Positions 39,901 through 50,016 of a stretch of 64,000 bases of DNA are shown here, one piece after another. Source of the DNA: Heteronotia binoei (taxonomy: Eukaryota); the NCBI RefSeq assembly GCF_032191835.1, contig NC_083243.1, positions 173,910,001 through 173,974,000 on the forward strand. Reading direction: 5' to 3'. A program made the position numbers and the translations under genes. Numbering within the stretch: the first letter of the stretch is position 1; each line of letters opens with the position of its first letter. The notes under the pieces are model-generated. The model ran no database searches and was not told where the DNA came from. It was given only the letters and a program-made list of their open reading frames with translations.

Positions 39901-40411
39901 AATTCCTACCAGGGTGAAAATAGCACAAAACCTCTAGTCCTTGCTAAATTTCCAGTTTCTATTCCAAAGCAAAACACACAGATTGGGGCAGGATTGTGCA
40001 GGCAATTCAGACATTTTACAATCCCTTCTCCCTTTCTATCAGAAAGTGCAGAAACGGTGTGTACTTTCATGCTATTTGGACTATGCCACATTTTTTTGGC
40101 AGTTTTAGTAATTAACTTTTTATTGAACTTTTTCAATATAAAAATAAACAGCAATACAAAGAAACAATAATAAATTAATAGTGCTGTAAAGACTATTGAA
40201 TATAACCAAGTAATAAGCGGTTGTAAACAAGAGATAGATTAAGAAAAACATAGTAACATTATTTTGTATGAAGAAGAAAATTGATCAAGTAATTTAAAAA
40301 AACAAATAATATATTATGAGAGAGTTGTGCATTTATGTAAATCAAAAACCAGTATAAATAGCAATAGAAGTAATTAGTACTGTGAGGGATACACTCCATG
40401 ATAATCTAAAG

Positions 40412-40754
40412 CAGGGGTCCTCAAACTACGGCCCGCGGGCCAGATGCGGCCCACTGAGGACGTTTATGCGGCCCACCGGGTTATGGCAAAATCAGACCGG
40501 AAGTGACGTTCGACCTAAACTCGCGTTAGCAACGCACACTTCCGGCACTGGGTTGAGGCGGCGGAGACAGAGTGTGAGGTGATACCGAGGTGAGGTGAGT
40601 TCCCAGGCCGGGGTGTGTGGTGTGGGGAAAGGAGAGAGATGCAGAAGACGGAGAACTGACGGCCCGCGGCCTTGTACAGCAACGGCAGTCCGGCCCTCCA
40701 ACAGTCTGAGGGACAGTGAACTGGCCCCCTATTTAAAAAGTTTGAGGACCCCTG
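40412..40754. mobile_element. Young CpG-rich hAT MITE (OC1/OposCharlie1-like TIR)
   Basis: Perfect 16-bp TIRs CAGGGGTCCTCAAACT / AGTTTGAGGACCCCTG; perfect 8-bp TSD ATCTAAAG (40404-40411, 40755-40762). Confidence 0.9.
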
Positions 40755-40776
40755 ATCTAAAGTTTATGAAAAGTTC

Positions 40777-41075
40777 AGGAGCCCCGTGGCACAGAATGGT
40801 AAGCTGCAGTACTGCAGTCCAAGCTCTGCTCACAACCTGATTTCAATCCTGGGGGAAGCTGGGTTCAAGTAGCCAGCTCAAGGTTGACTCCGCCTTCCAT
40901 CCTTCCAAGGTCGGTAAAATGAATACCCAGCTTGCTGGGGGGAAAGTGTAGATGACTGGGGAAGGCAATGGCAAACCACCCTGTAAAAAGTCTGCCAAGA
41001 AAACGTCATGATGTGACATCACCCCGTGGGTCGGTAACAACTCAGTGCTTGCACAGAGGACTACCTTTTCCTTTA
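40777..41075 (+). mobile_element. Sauria SINE (Squam1-like, BovB-type tail)
   Basis: ggagccccgtggcacagaatggtaagctgcagtac...caaggttgactccgccttccatccttcc...ggggaaggcaatggcaaaccaccc...tgcacagaggactaccttt. Confidence 0.8.
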
Positions 41076-43040
41076 TGAAAAGTTTAGACCATGACCAGCA
41101 CCAATAAAGATGGAAAGAAGATATACCAAGTGAAGAAAGTTTAGAGTAATTTGAGATATTCTGAGTTATATGGCTGGAGTTCATGAGTTGCAAAATATTC
41201 AACAAATGGGAATCATTTTTCAATTAATAGTGTATTTCTGGGGCAAATTTCAGATTGTTGAATGTGGTCAGTAATTTTCTCCATAATAAGTATCCCATAT
41301 TTTGGCAAACCAGCAAGAGAGGGAGCTTAAGATTTCCATGTCGAGGCAATAGCTGTTCTTGCTGCTATTGGGAGACTTGAAATAAAGTCTTGTTTGCAAC
41401 TATACCACATTTTGATAAGATTTTAAAAGTTTGTTTGGTTAGAGATGTTAATGGCATGTGAGAGGGAGAGCTGTTTTAGGACCATTGGCTTAATGGGACA
41501 TACTCCTCTGAACAAATTATTTGCTGCACTCCAGAGGTATGTTCCAGATTTTCTTATGATGTGAGTAGGAAATGTTGAGACTGGTTAGATGCTATGGTGA
41601 TTTTTCAACTTTGAAAAGTAGATTTTGCACTGCTGCATGCCACGCCAGTACATTTTTCACATGTTGTGGATTGTGACGAAAAACTCTCGCTGTGGAAGCT
41701 CAGCTTGGTACTCTGAATTTTTCATTTCAATTTTCGGTTTCTGTGTGATGCTCTTTCTCTTGCTTAGAAAGAATCTGAACCCCTGGGACTCCTGCAGCCT
41801 CCTTTGGACCCCTGGTAACTGCAGGGAGCAAAACAGTTTTCCCATGTATTTTTATATGTCGTGCACAATTTGTAGAAACAAAGTCTGTCATGCTAATAAT
41901 TAGAAAGCAAAGCCTTTCACATGAGAGGCGACACGTGGCTGCGGTTCAATGTTAGAGCGCACATACTGTGCAGTGAGGTCTGGTTCAACCACTGTCATCT
42001 CCAGAAGATTGCAAGTGCCGGATTCTGAGGAAAATCTTTGCCTAAGATCCTGAGGAGGTCCGGTTGGTCAGAGCTGAGAGTACTGGGTTAGATGGGCCAC
42101 TGTTCTGACTCTGAGTAAGGAGGGTACATAGGCTTTTGCGAAAGGCCTGCATGGCCTATCGAAGTGACATAGACATAAATGGATGAAAAAAAACATGGTA
42201 TCCAGAAATGCAGCCCAAATCCCCAGTCATTAAGCAAAAGCTAGAAGGGACAGTACTGCTATAGCAAATATCTCTCTCTCTGCTTGCTCCAGGGCTGTTA
42301 TAGTGTTCAGCCCCTTCTTGGGGGAGAGAATATGAGGTAATTTTCCCCACCATTAAACTCTATGCCAAGAAAATTTTCACCTGTTTAAATGTCTTCAGGT
42401 GAACTGCAGCTAGAGGCAAAAGGGCATTGTAAGAAATGTCCAAGTTACCCCTGCTGCATCCTTTTAAAAGCACAAAAGTGGGGCCATTTTTTTTAAAAAA
42501 AAAAGGCATTTCCATAAATAGCTGCTGCACAGTTGTTCAAGAAAAGAAAAGATGAAGAAATAACCCAGTGACTAACCCAGTGGCTTCATCTCAGCCTAAC
42601 CTGCCCAACAGGATTATTGTGGTAATAAAATGAAAACTGATTAATTGGGCAGTGTATGATGCCTTGCAGACCTAGGGGAATGTGCAGGATAAATACATAA
42701 TGAATGAGAGCTCCCACCTGCAGCCTCAGCTTTACTACCTCATGATCTTCCACCCCTGCGGCGCCCCAAGCCGTGGCAGTGGCATGGGTGGTAGGTGGGA
42801 GGGAAGGAAGGAAGGAAGGTCAGGCACCCTGAATCAGATGCCCTGGGTCACAGCAGTGGTGGCCAGGGGAGGGGAGATGCTAAGAGTATCCTGACTTTTT
42901 AACATGCCCCCCCCCACTTTTAAAATACAATAAAAATATTATTCTGATACACTATTCTAAAAGAAAAATAATAATTTGTAATTCATGAAACTTGGAACAG
43001 ACACCGCCCCAGGATTGAACAGGGATATTGGTGGTTTTTA

Positions 43041-43408
43041 AAGAAGAAGAAGATATTGGATTTATATCCCACCCTCCATTCTGAAGAGTCTCAGAGAGGC
43101 TCACAATCTCCTTTACCTTCCTCCCCCCGCCCACAACAGGCACCCTGTGAGGTAGATGAAGATATTGGATTTATATTCCGCCCTCCACTCCGAAGAGTCT
43201 CAGAGCGGCTCACAATCTCCTTTACCTTCCTCCCCCACAACAGACACCCTGTGAGGTGGGTGGGGCTGAGAGGGCTCTCACAGCAGCTGCCTTTTCAAGG
43301 ACAATTCCTACGAGAGCTATGGCTGACCCAAGGCCATTCCAGCAGGTGCAAGTGGAGGAGTGGGGAATCAAACCCGGTTCTCCCAGATAAGAGCCCGCAC
43401 ACTTAACC
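43041..43408 (-). mobile_element. Squam3-like SINE with duplicated 3' tail segment
   Basis: gaagatattggatttatat...caccctgtgaggt occurs twice in tandem (about 43050 and 43160) before the shared body and head. Confidence 0.85.
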
Positions 43409-44965
43409 ACTACACCAAACTGGCTCTCCTTAAAAAAATCTCATTACATATGCTAAACCCACTCTCACTGAGTATAGCTATATATCCACAGTATTCCAGT
43501 GTATTTTTCTTTTAGAATAGTGTATCAGAATAATATTTTTTGTATTGACATACTAAAATAAGGAATATTGGCTGTTTATCTAATTACACATACTTGACCC
43601 TTCACTATATTTTAATGTAGCCTTTTTTTCTAATGGCAAACTAGAATGATGTTTATAATGTATGGAATGATGTTTATAATATATGTTAAAAAGTAGACAA
43701 GAACATCACTAGGAAATATATGTCCTTTTGTTTTACCCAGATTTGTAGCAAGAGCCATTAGCAGGCAACTTTTATTACCTTTTATTGGTTTCCCACGCAA
43801 AGGCTATTCAGACCAAATGGTCTTCCAATTTATTACGCCATTTTGCCATTTGATCCTAACTTTGTATCAGTTTACACTCTTAACCCACAAGCTATATGTA
43901 TTTCAGCGCACTGTACCCCATCCCCTAGTCTGAAGAAGTATGCATGTATATGAAAGCTTACAATCAGAATAAAACTTTGTTGGTCTTAAAGGTGCTACTG
44001 AACTCCTACTTTGTTCTATTCAGATACTGGATTTGGATAGAAGAAAAGGTATCTGGGATGCACCATGCTCTGCTATGAGACTATATAGTGCAGTGTAATT
44101 GGGCAATTTCAGTCAGGCTGACATAGGAGAGCACCTGGGCATGTCTATATTTTAAATGTAAATAGATTATAGCAGTAGTTCCCTCTTCCCAGGCAATTCT
44201 AGGAATTGCAGTTTTGTGGGGGATGACTGGGAAGTAACAGAATTTTCAGCATTTCATCAAACTGAAATTCCCAGAGTTATTTTGGGGAAATGTGTTAGAA
44301 AACCATCATATATTCATATTTAGATATGCCCTCAAAAGATGGAACTGTATTACAAGACTTAAGACTCTAAAGAGAAAGCTGCCAGTTACCAAGACTGAAG
44401 GTTACAGTCTTTGGTCTAAAAGCCTTCCTCTTTAACCCCAAATGTATGGGTACTGCTTTTGCAGTGCAATTGTGAGCAAAATTGCATCTAAGCCCATTCA
44501 CTTTAATGCACTTTGCTTACAAATGCATGGTTGGTTGCTCAGTAGTGACAGAAAATGCCTCTCTACATTGCTATCATTACTATGTTTACTATAGAGCTGA
44601 AAACAGGTTCTAGAGCTTCTTGAAAATGTGTGGCCAAGGCAGCGGTTTCTTTTCCATCCCCCCCTTTCTTTTTTTGGCCCACAAGTGATCGGATAGACTG
44701 AAACGTTGAGATTTTTAAAAATCTGATCTTGTAAGCCATTCTCTTCGAATGTAACTTGACGCTGAAGCAGACAGTGTTGAGGATTGGATGGATGGAGGCA
44801 CTATCCGATAGGAGAGATCTGGTGGTGCTTGCTGGTCACAGAAGTGTCCATGTTAGTGGTGAAGATGTGAAGATCCTGGAATACTGTGCAGGAAAGTTCT
44901 AGACATTAACTGGACAGAATCACGGACAACACAACAGATATGGCTGGAGTTCTAATTTGTGCCTG

Positions 44966-44971
44966 TTTATT
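44966..44971 (-). terminator. Candidate ASIC4 polyadenylation signal
   Basis: TTTATT on + gives AATAAA on -, followed on - by the GU-rich tract tctgttgtgttgtccgtg; implies a 3' UTR of about 1.9 kb. Confidence 0.6.
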
Positions 44972-46876
44972 GGGAGAAACTTGTACATTTGTAAAACAGC
45001 GACTTGCACTTAGTACAATTGTGAGGATGATAGGTCATGCCGGGGGAAATCCCTGGCAAAGCCCCATGCAGCCTGTAGGGCTGAACCCCCTGGAGCCACA
45101 CACATCTCCAGTGGGTAGGCAGGCTGGCTGGCTGACTGTATCAGCTTCTTCATCCCCCTATAGCAGCCAAATGCTTCTATGCTTGTGGCTTTTGGATCAG
45201 TATATACATGAGTTTGGTGTTGTAACTGATGGATGGGGCGAGGTGGGGTGGTATTTGCAGCATATTTCTCAGTGCCACATTTCTTCCTGAAATGCACCCC
45301 CAGGAGAACAAGCATAATTCCATAGATGTGGGGCAGGATTTCTTCAGTACAGAAGATTCTTACAGTTTTGATGGCACACACTAGCGGCCCTCTGGAATAC
45401 CCTGATACACCACAGACATAACACAAATTGTGATTTGGACAGCTTTTCCTATTGTACAGTTACTCAAGAGGCCTATCATAAAGCTAGACAATTAACAACC
45501 TGCACATTTAGAAGGAACAATCCCCCCCCTTCCCTTGGGAATTCATCCATGTTCATGTGCATGGTATGATGTCCATTCACTGAGGTGTTAAATTTACAGG
45601 ACAATTCCACTATCGAGTGCTGTAAACTGGGGTCCTGCTGCTAGAGAGCTGTTGAGATTCTGTGGTACCATTAGAGACTTTGAAGTGTCCTGCTCCTTTC
45701 TCCTAGAGGCGGGGTGGATGTGGCTTGGACCCTGAATCCCAATGAATGCTGCTGGAGGTGGAGGCTGGATAGAAGTGTGGGGGTGGGGGGAGAGAAGGCT
45801 GTAGATCTGGGGGTGGGGGGAAAGCGACCCAAAGAAACTCAGGCTTTGTTGCTGGCCAGCAGCCCCCTGCTGGGTTTGTCTCTGCGCTTGGGCTGGGAGG
45901 AAACCTGAGATTTGATGCCTATGTCAGTGCCCAGCCCTACCAGCAGTTCTTGGCGACACCAGCAGGGGGAAGCTGCAGCATCGACAAACCTGATATCTGG
46001 CTAAAAACCACAGCCCCAAAACAGTTATATACAAATATACAGTTGTGAAGGTAGGGTGACGGGTGGCCAGCATTGGACTGATGGGGAAGGGCTAATACCC
46101 ATGTAGTAAGAGGGCACGACCTGGAATCCCTTTCTAAGGGCAATGTCTAGGGTTCTGGCATTATGGGGACAGCAGATGCATGTGTAGGCAGCAACAAGTG
46201 GATAGTAGAGTGCACGGCACTACCCAACCACAGGTGATGGTTCACAGAGCTTGTGTTCTGCCCTGACTCCTCTGTGCATGAGTGTATAATACTGTAGTGT
46301 GTTTTTTTTTAAGAGGATGGGGGTATAAGAAGGAATTGTAATGCTGGAATGGACAGTACAAAGTGAGAGGGATCAATTTGTGGCAGTGGCAGACTCTGCC
46401 ATGCAGGGTTGCGAGCAGTTGGTTGGTTGGTGCTACCATATTGGCATAGGCTCTAGGACAGATTTCTGTCTTTCCGTCCTGCCGCTGCATATTGCTGCCT
46501 GCTGTGCTCCGTGTTCCCCTTGCCCTTCCTCTGACTTTGAAGCTGAGAAAAGGCAACTCCCCTGTTAGTGGAGTCGTTTGGGAGCCCATTCCACTTCCTG
46601 GACTTGGCAGCTGATGCTCTCTGTGTGCTTCAGTAGGGGGCGCTGAGCCCTAGGGAGCAGGGTCAGCTGGTCTGGGTAATAGACAGGGCACAGTGGGGGG
46701 GGGGGAAGGGATGGGAGGAAGAGGATTAAAGCCTCGTATGCCTTTTGGAAGCCTTGGGTGGGAAAAGGTGGCTTGGCTTGGCCTTGGCAGGCCTGTTAGC
46801 ACAAGGTGGGATCCACTGCTCCTGAAGCTGCTCCAGAAGCACTGCTGTGATTTGGGGGAGCAGTGCACAAGCTGGC

Positions 46877-46996
46877 CTAGCAAGCGAAGTCCTCAAAGAC
46901 CCCCTGGGGTGAGTAGTGGTGGCGATGGTGATGGTTGGGCAGGAGGCCAGTGGGGTAAGTGCCCTCGGAGTGGCGGCCCAGCGTCTCACAGGGGCT
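46877..46996 (-). CDS. ASIC4: Acid-sensing ion channel 4, last coding exon
   Basis: Acceptor gtgtcttcttttgcag|AGC; SPCETLGRHSEGTYPTGLLPNHHHRHHYSPQGVFEDFAC* (human ends ...LLPNHHHPHGPPGGLFEDFAC); convergent with CHPF as in human synteny. Missed by the ORF track. Confidence 0.9.
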   Translation of the reverse strand, partial: SPCETLGRHSEGTYPTGLLPNHHHRHHYSPQGVFEDFAC

Positions 46997-47031
46997 CTGC
47001 AAAAGAAGACACAGTCAGCATGCAGTACCCA

Positions 47032-47226
47032 CAATGTTCCCTCTAAGCTGCACAGTCTTGTGAGCAAAAAATCCTACTTTGTGAGCTACTGGCATTAAAG
47101 TTGTGAGCTACTGCATAAATTAGCATGCTCTGGGGTCATCCTTCCTGAGCTAAGACAAAAATGTGTGAGTTGGAGGCAAAAAATCTGTGAGCTAGCTCAT
47201 GCTATCTCAGCTTAGAGGGAACACTG
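47032..47226. mobile_element. MITE with CAGTGTTCCCTCTAAGCTG-type TIRs
   Basis: caatgttccctctaagctg...cagcttagagggaacactg; TSD not evident. Confidence 0.7.
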
Positions 47227-48114
47227 CCCACAATCACCCCTTTCCACCTGCAGCTCAGAGCCTCAGGGCCAGTATAACAACACCCGCCTCACGGACCCAC
47301 TGGATCGCTTCTATGTGCTGTTTATGGCTACCCCAGCCCCTCAGTTTCTCCTCAGTTCTTCCTGTTCAAACTTTTACCTCAGGAATATATAACTCAAGGG
47401 GTGAGTAATATATGGATTTCTCTGTACAAGTCTCTTCGGGGTATTTGTTTTCAGATGGATGTATAATTCTATTCGTAGGGGACCACAGCAGCTTTGACAG
47501 TTTCCCAAATTATAGGCACCAGAGAACTTTAAAATAAACCACAGATCTTTAATTAAACACAAAGTCATGAACTGGGGATATGGGAGATATTTACATAGGC
47601 TATCATGTATCTCATGCAGTTAACAAGTTGCTCGGTTGTTTCAGGCTTTAAATTATCTTTTTCTTCTTAGGTCTCTCAGGTTCACAGTTCCTATATAATA
47701 CACTCTCCACCACTAGTATAGGCTGGCCTCTTGGGTATACTGTGCCAAGTCTTCCAAGTCGATTGGAGCCTCTACTCCCAGCCCTTCAGACTCCTAGACC
47801 CACATATATTCCCTCAACCACCTCTCTAGCTCTTAAGAGATGTATAAGTGTCTGTGACCGTTCAGGTCTTCATAGTGACTCTCCTTCTTAGTCAAACACA
47901 GCCCCTTGCTGTTTTTCTAGAGCTAGCAGTCAGCTTTTCTTCTTATGAAGACTCTCCACAGCTACTGCCTCAGCTCCCGCAAAGACCGACTCTCTCTGAC
48001 ACTGGCCCTTTTCACACTTACCAGTGGAAACCGGAAGGGAGTCGGTATTGTGCCGCTTGCAGTAATCCGAGACAGGGATGGGAGTTTTCAGACACATGTT
48101 TTTTTTTCCGGTAG

Positions 48115-49410
48115 TGATACCCAGGAAGACACCCCTGTACTTATTCCCAAGCCATGCACCCCTGGAATGTGATATTGCAATGTAACCCTAGAATATTAAT
48201 TGGATACAGCAATGCCCATTTGAATTGGAATGGTCTTTCTTGCACATAAGGGAGACAAATCCAGTTCCTTCTTGACCCCAAAGCAGGTCTGTAATGTGAT
48301 TCTGGTTCACAGGCCAGAACAACATGATGCCAGCTGAAAGGTTGAGAAGCGTCCATCTTTCTGCTCCTGGGAATGAAAAAGTTTCGGGCTCAGAGAGGTG
48401 GTGTGGGCAGTGCCATAAAAATTCCTTCACTTTTGGCAACCTTTAAAAGTCCTGTTATCAAAGCATAAGGAAATAAGAATGACCCAGGAAACCTCCAACA
48501 CAAATAAATGGCTTGTGTCTGTCTGTTAATCCTCAGGACAAGACAGCAGGAAGGTTAGAGGCCAAGCACTCCTTTTGGTGTGAATGTGTGTTATAACCTG
48601 TAAACTGATCTCACAATTCTGACTTTTAACAAAGTTTCTATTTTTCTTTAATTAATTGCTAAGGCCATCAAAGTCAGCCAGTCCCCTGACCACTTGATGG
48701 ATGCCCATCCATGTTTGACACTAAGAGAGAAATCTATCACTTTTGGGGAGCTTCAAAGGAACCAGTTTTGGGAAAAACAAGGCCATAAAGTCATTTGGCC
48801 AGTGTAATTAAAATGCCTATGTTGGGGTATGGATCTATGATACGAATGGTCTCTGATTGGCTATTACACATATGACACCCCGACTTTCCATTGGTGTGAC
48901 ACTCTGCCCCCTCATTGGGTAGTGGAATTGAGTGATGTGACGTAATTTACCCTAGAAAACAGACAACCCAACCTGTCAGGTTTAGGGTTCGTGGATGCTG
49001 GTTGCAGAAGAAGAAAAAGGAAGGAAAAAGGGAATCCCTTCACCCTCTCCTTCCCCCACCCCCTTCCTACCCTCACCCCCCTCCTCTCAAGAGAAATCTC
49101 CCTCCAGAAGCCTTGCATTTTCCTCTGACTGAGTCTACCCTGCAAAGATCTAGGTATTGTATCACCCTCCCCCATCCTGCTTATTCAGCTAACCTCTTGT
49201 ATTCCTCTTGTATGCTTGAAATTGTTTGATTGAGAGGTAACTATTTGAAACCCTATGCTATAATAAAATCCATTATTAACCAAAGGATTTTCAGTGGTCT
49301 ATCTCCGTAGACAAAGACATAGATCCCATACACCTCACCTCTCGTAGGCCTACCATTTTGAGCTAAGAAATATTAACATTCCCCAATAAAAAGTTGTTTG
49401 AGGTGTAACA
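48115..49410 (+). repeat. 5' LTR (1296 bp)
   Basis: TGATAC...GTAACA; no differences from 59415-60710 found in block-by-block comparison; AATAAA at 49262 and 49385. Confidence 0.97.
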
Positions 49411-49414
49411 GAAG

Positions 49415-49433
49415 TGGTGGAGAATGCGGGCAT
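49415..49433 (+). promoter_or_regulatory. Primer-binding site complementary to the tRNA-Ala(AGC) 3' end; two degenerate copies at 49473 and 49535
   Basis: TGGTGGAGAATGCGGGCAT is the reverse complement of ATGCCCGCATTCTCCA-CCA, the 3' end of vertebrate tRNA-Ala-AGC as recalled. Confidence 0.85.
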
Positions 49434-50016
49434 GTCCTGTACTTTTGGGAACTGTGAGCTAAGCCTCAGAAGTGGTGGAGAATGCAGCGGGCATGTCCTG
49501 TACTTTTGGGGAACTGTGAGCTAAGCCTCAGAAGTAGTGGAGAATGTGATTGGCATGTCCTCTACTTTTGGGAGCTGTGAGCCAAGCCTCAGAACCTAAG
49601 TGTACAGACTTAGAGAAAAGACCCTGAAAAATCCTGGTTAAGTGTGTGTGTGAGATTCTGTGTGCTTGAAAACTATCGGTGGGGATCAGCTTTCTCTTTT
49701 TTTCTCTCTACGGTGGAGTGTCAGTCAGCCGCACCGATTGGGCCATGAGATTCCGTGCAAACGGCCATGAGCTTTAGTCGAACGCAAGGGGTTGACACTC
49801 GCTGAGGTCCTTGGGAATCAGTGCCCAGCATGGGCCTCCCTGTTTGTTATTTTGCCCAGGGCTATCTGGTTGGGTTCTCATAGGCCAGGGAAAAGTCTCA
49901 CCTGTGTGCAAAATCCCCTTTCTCAGGCAGAATGCTGTCCCTTTAAGGAGCAGCTCAAGAGAGAGCCAGCAGTTTTACCCTTAATGAGCAGCTCTGATTA
50001 AGCCAACAGAGACATC

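Noticed and set aside
48141-48439. LTR-encoded accessory proteins (71-88 aa ORFs, repeated at 59441 onward)
   Set aside because: Short, on the - strand or low-complexity, no recognisable motif; they are duplicated only because the LTR is.
49409-49594. PBS repeat array as a CRISPR-like array
   Set aside because: Units are direct tandem copies with no unique spacers, in a vertebrate retroelement leader, with no cas genes.
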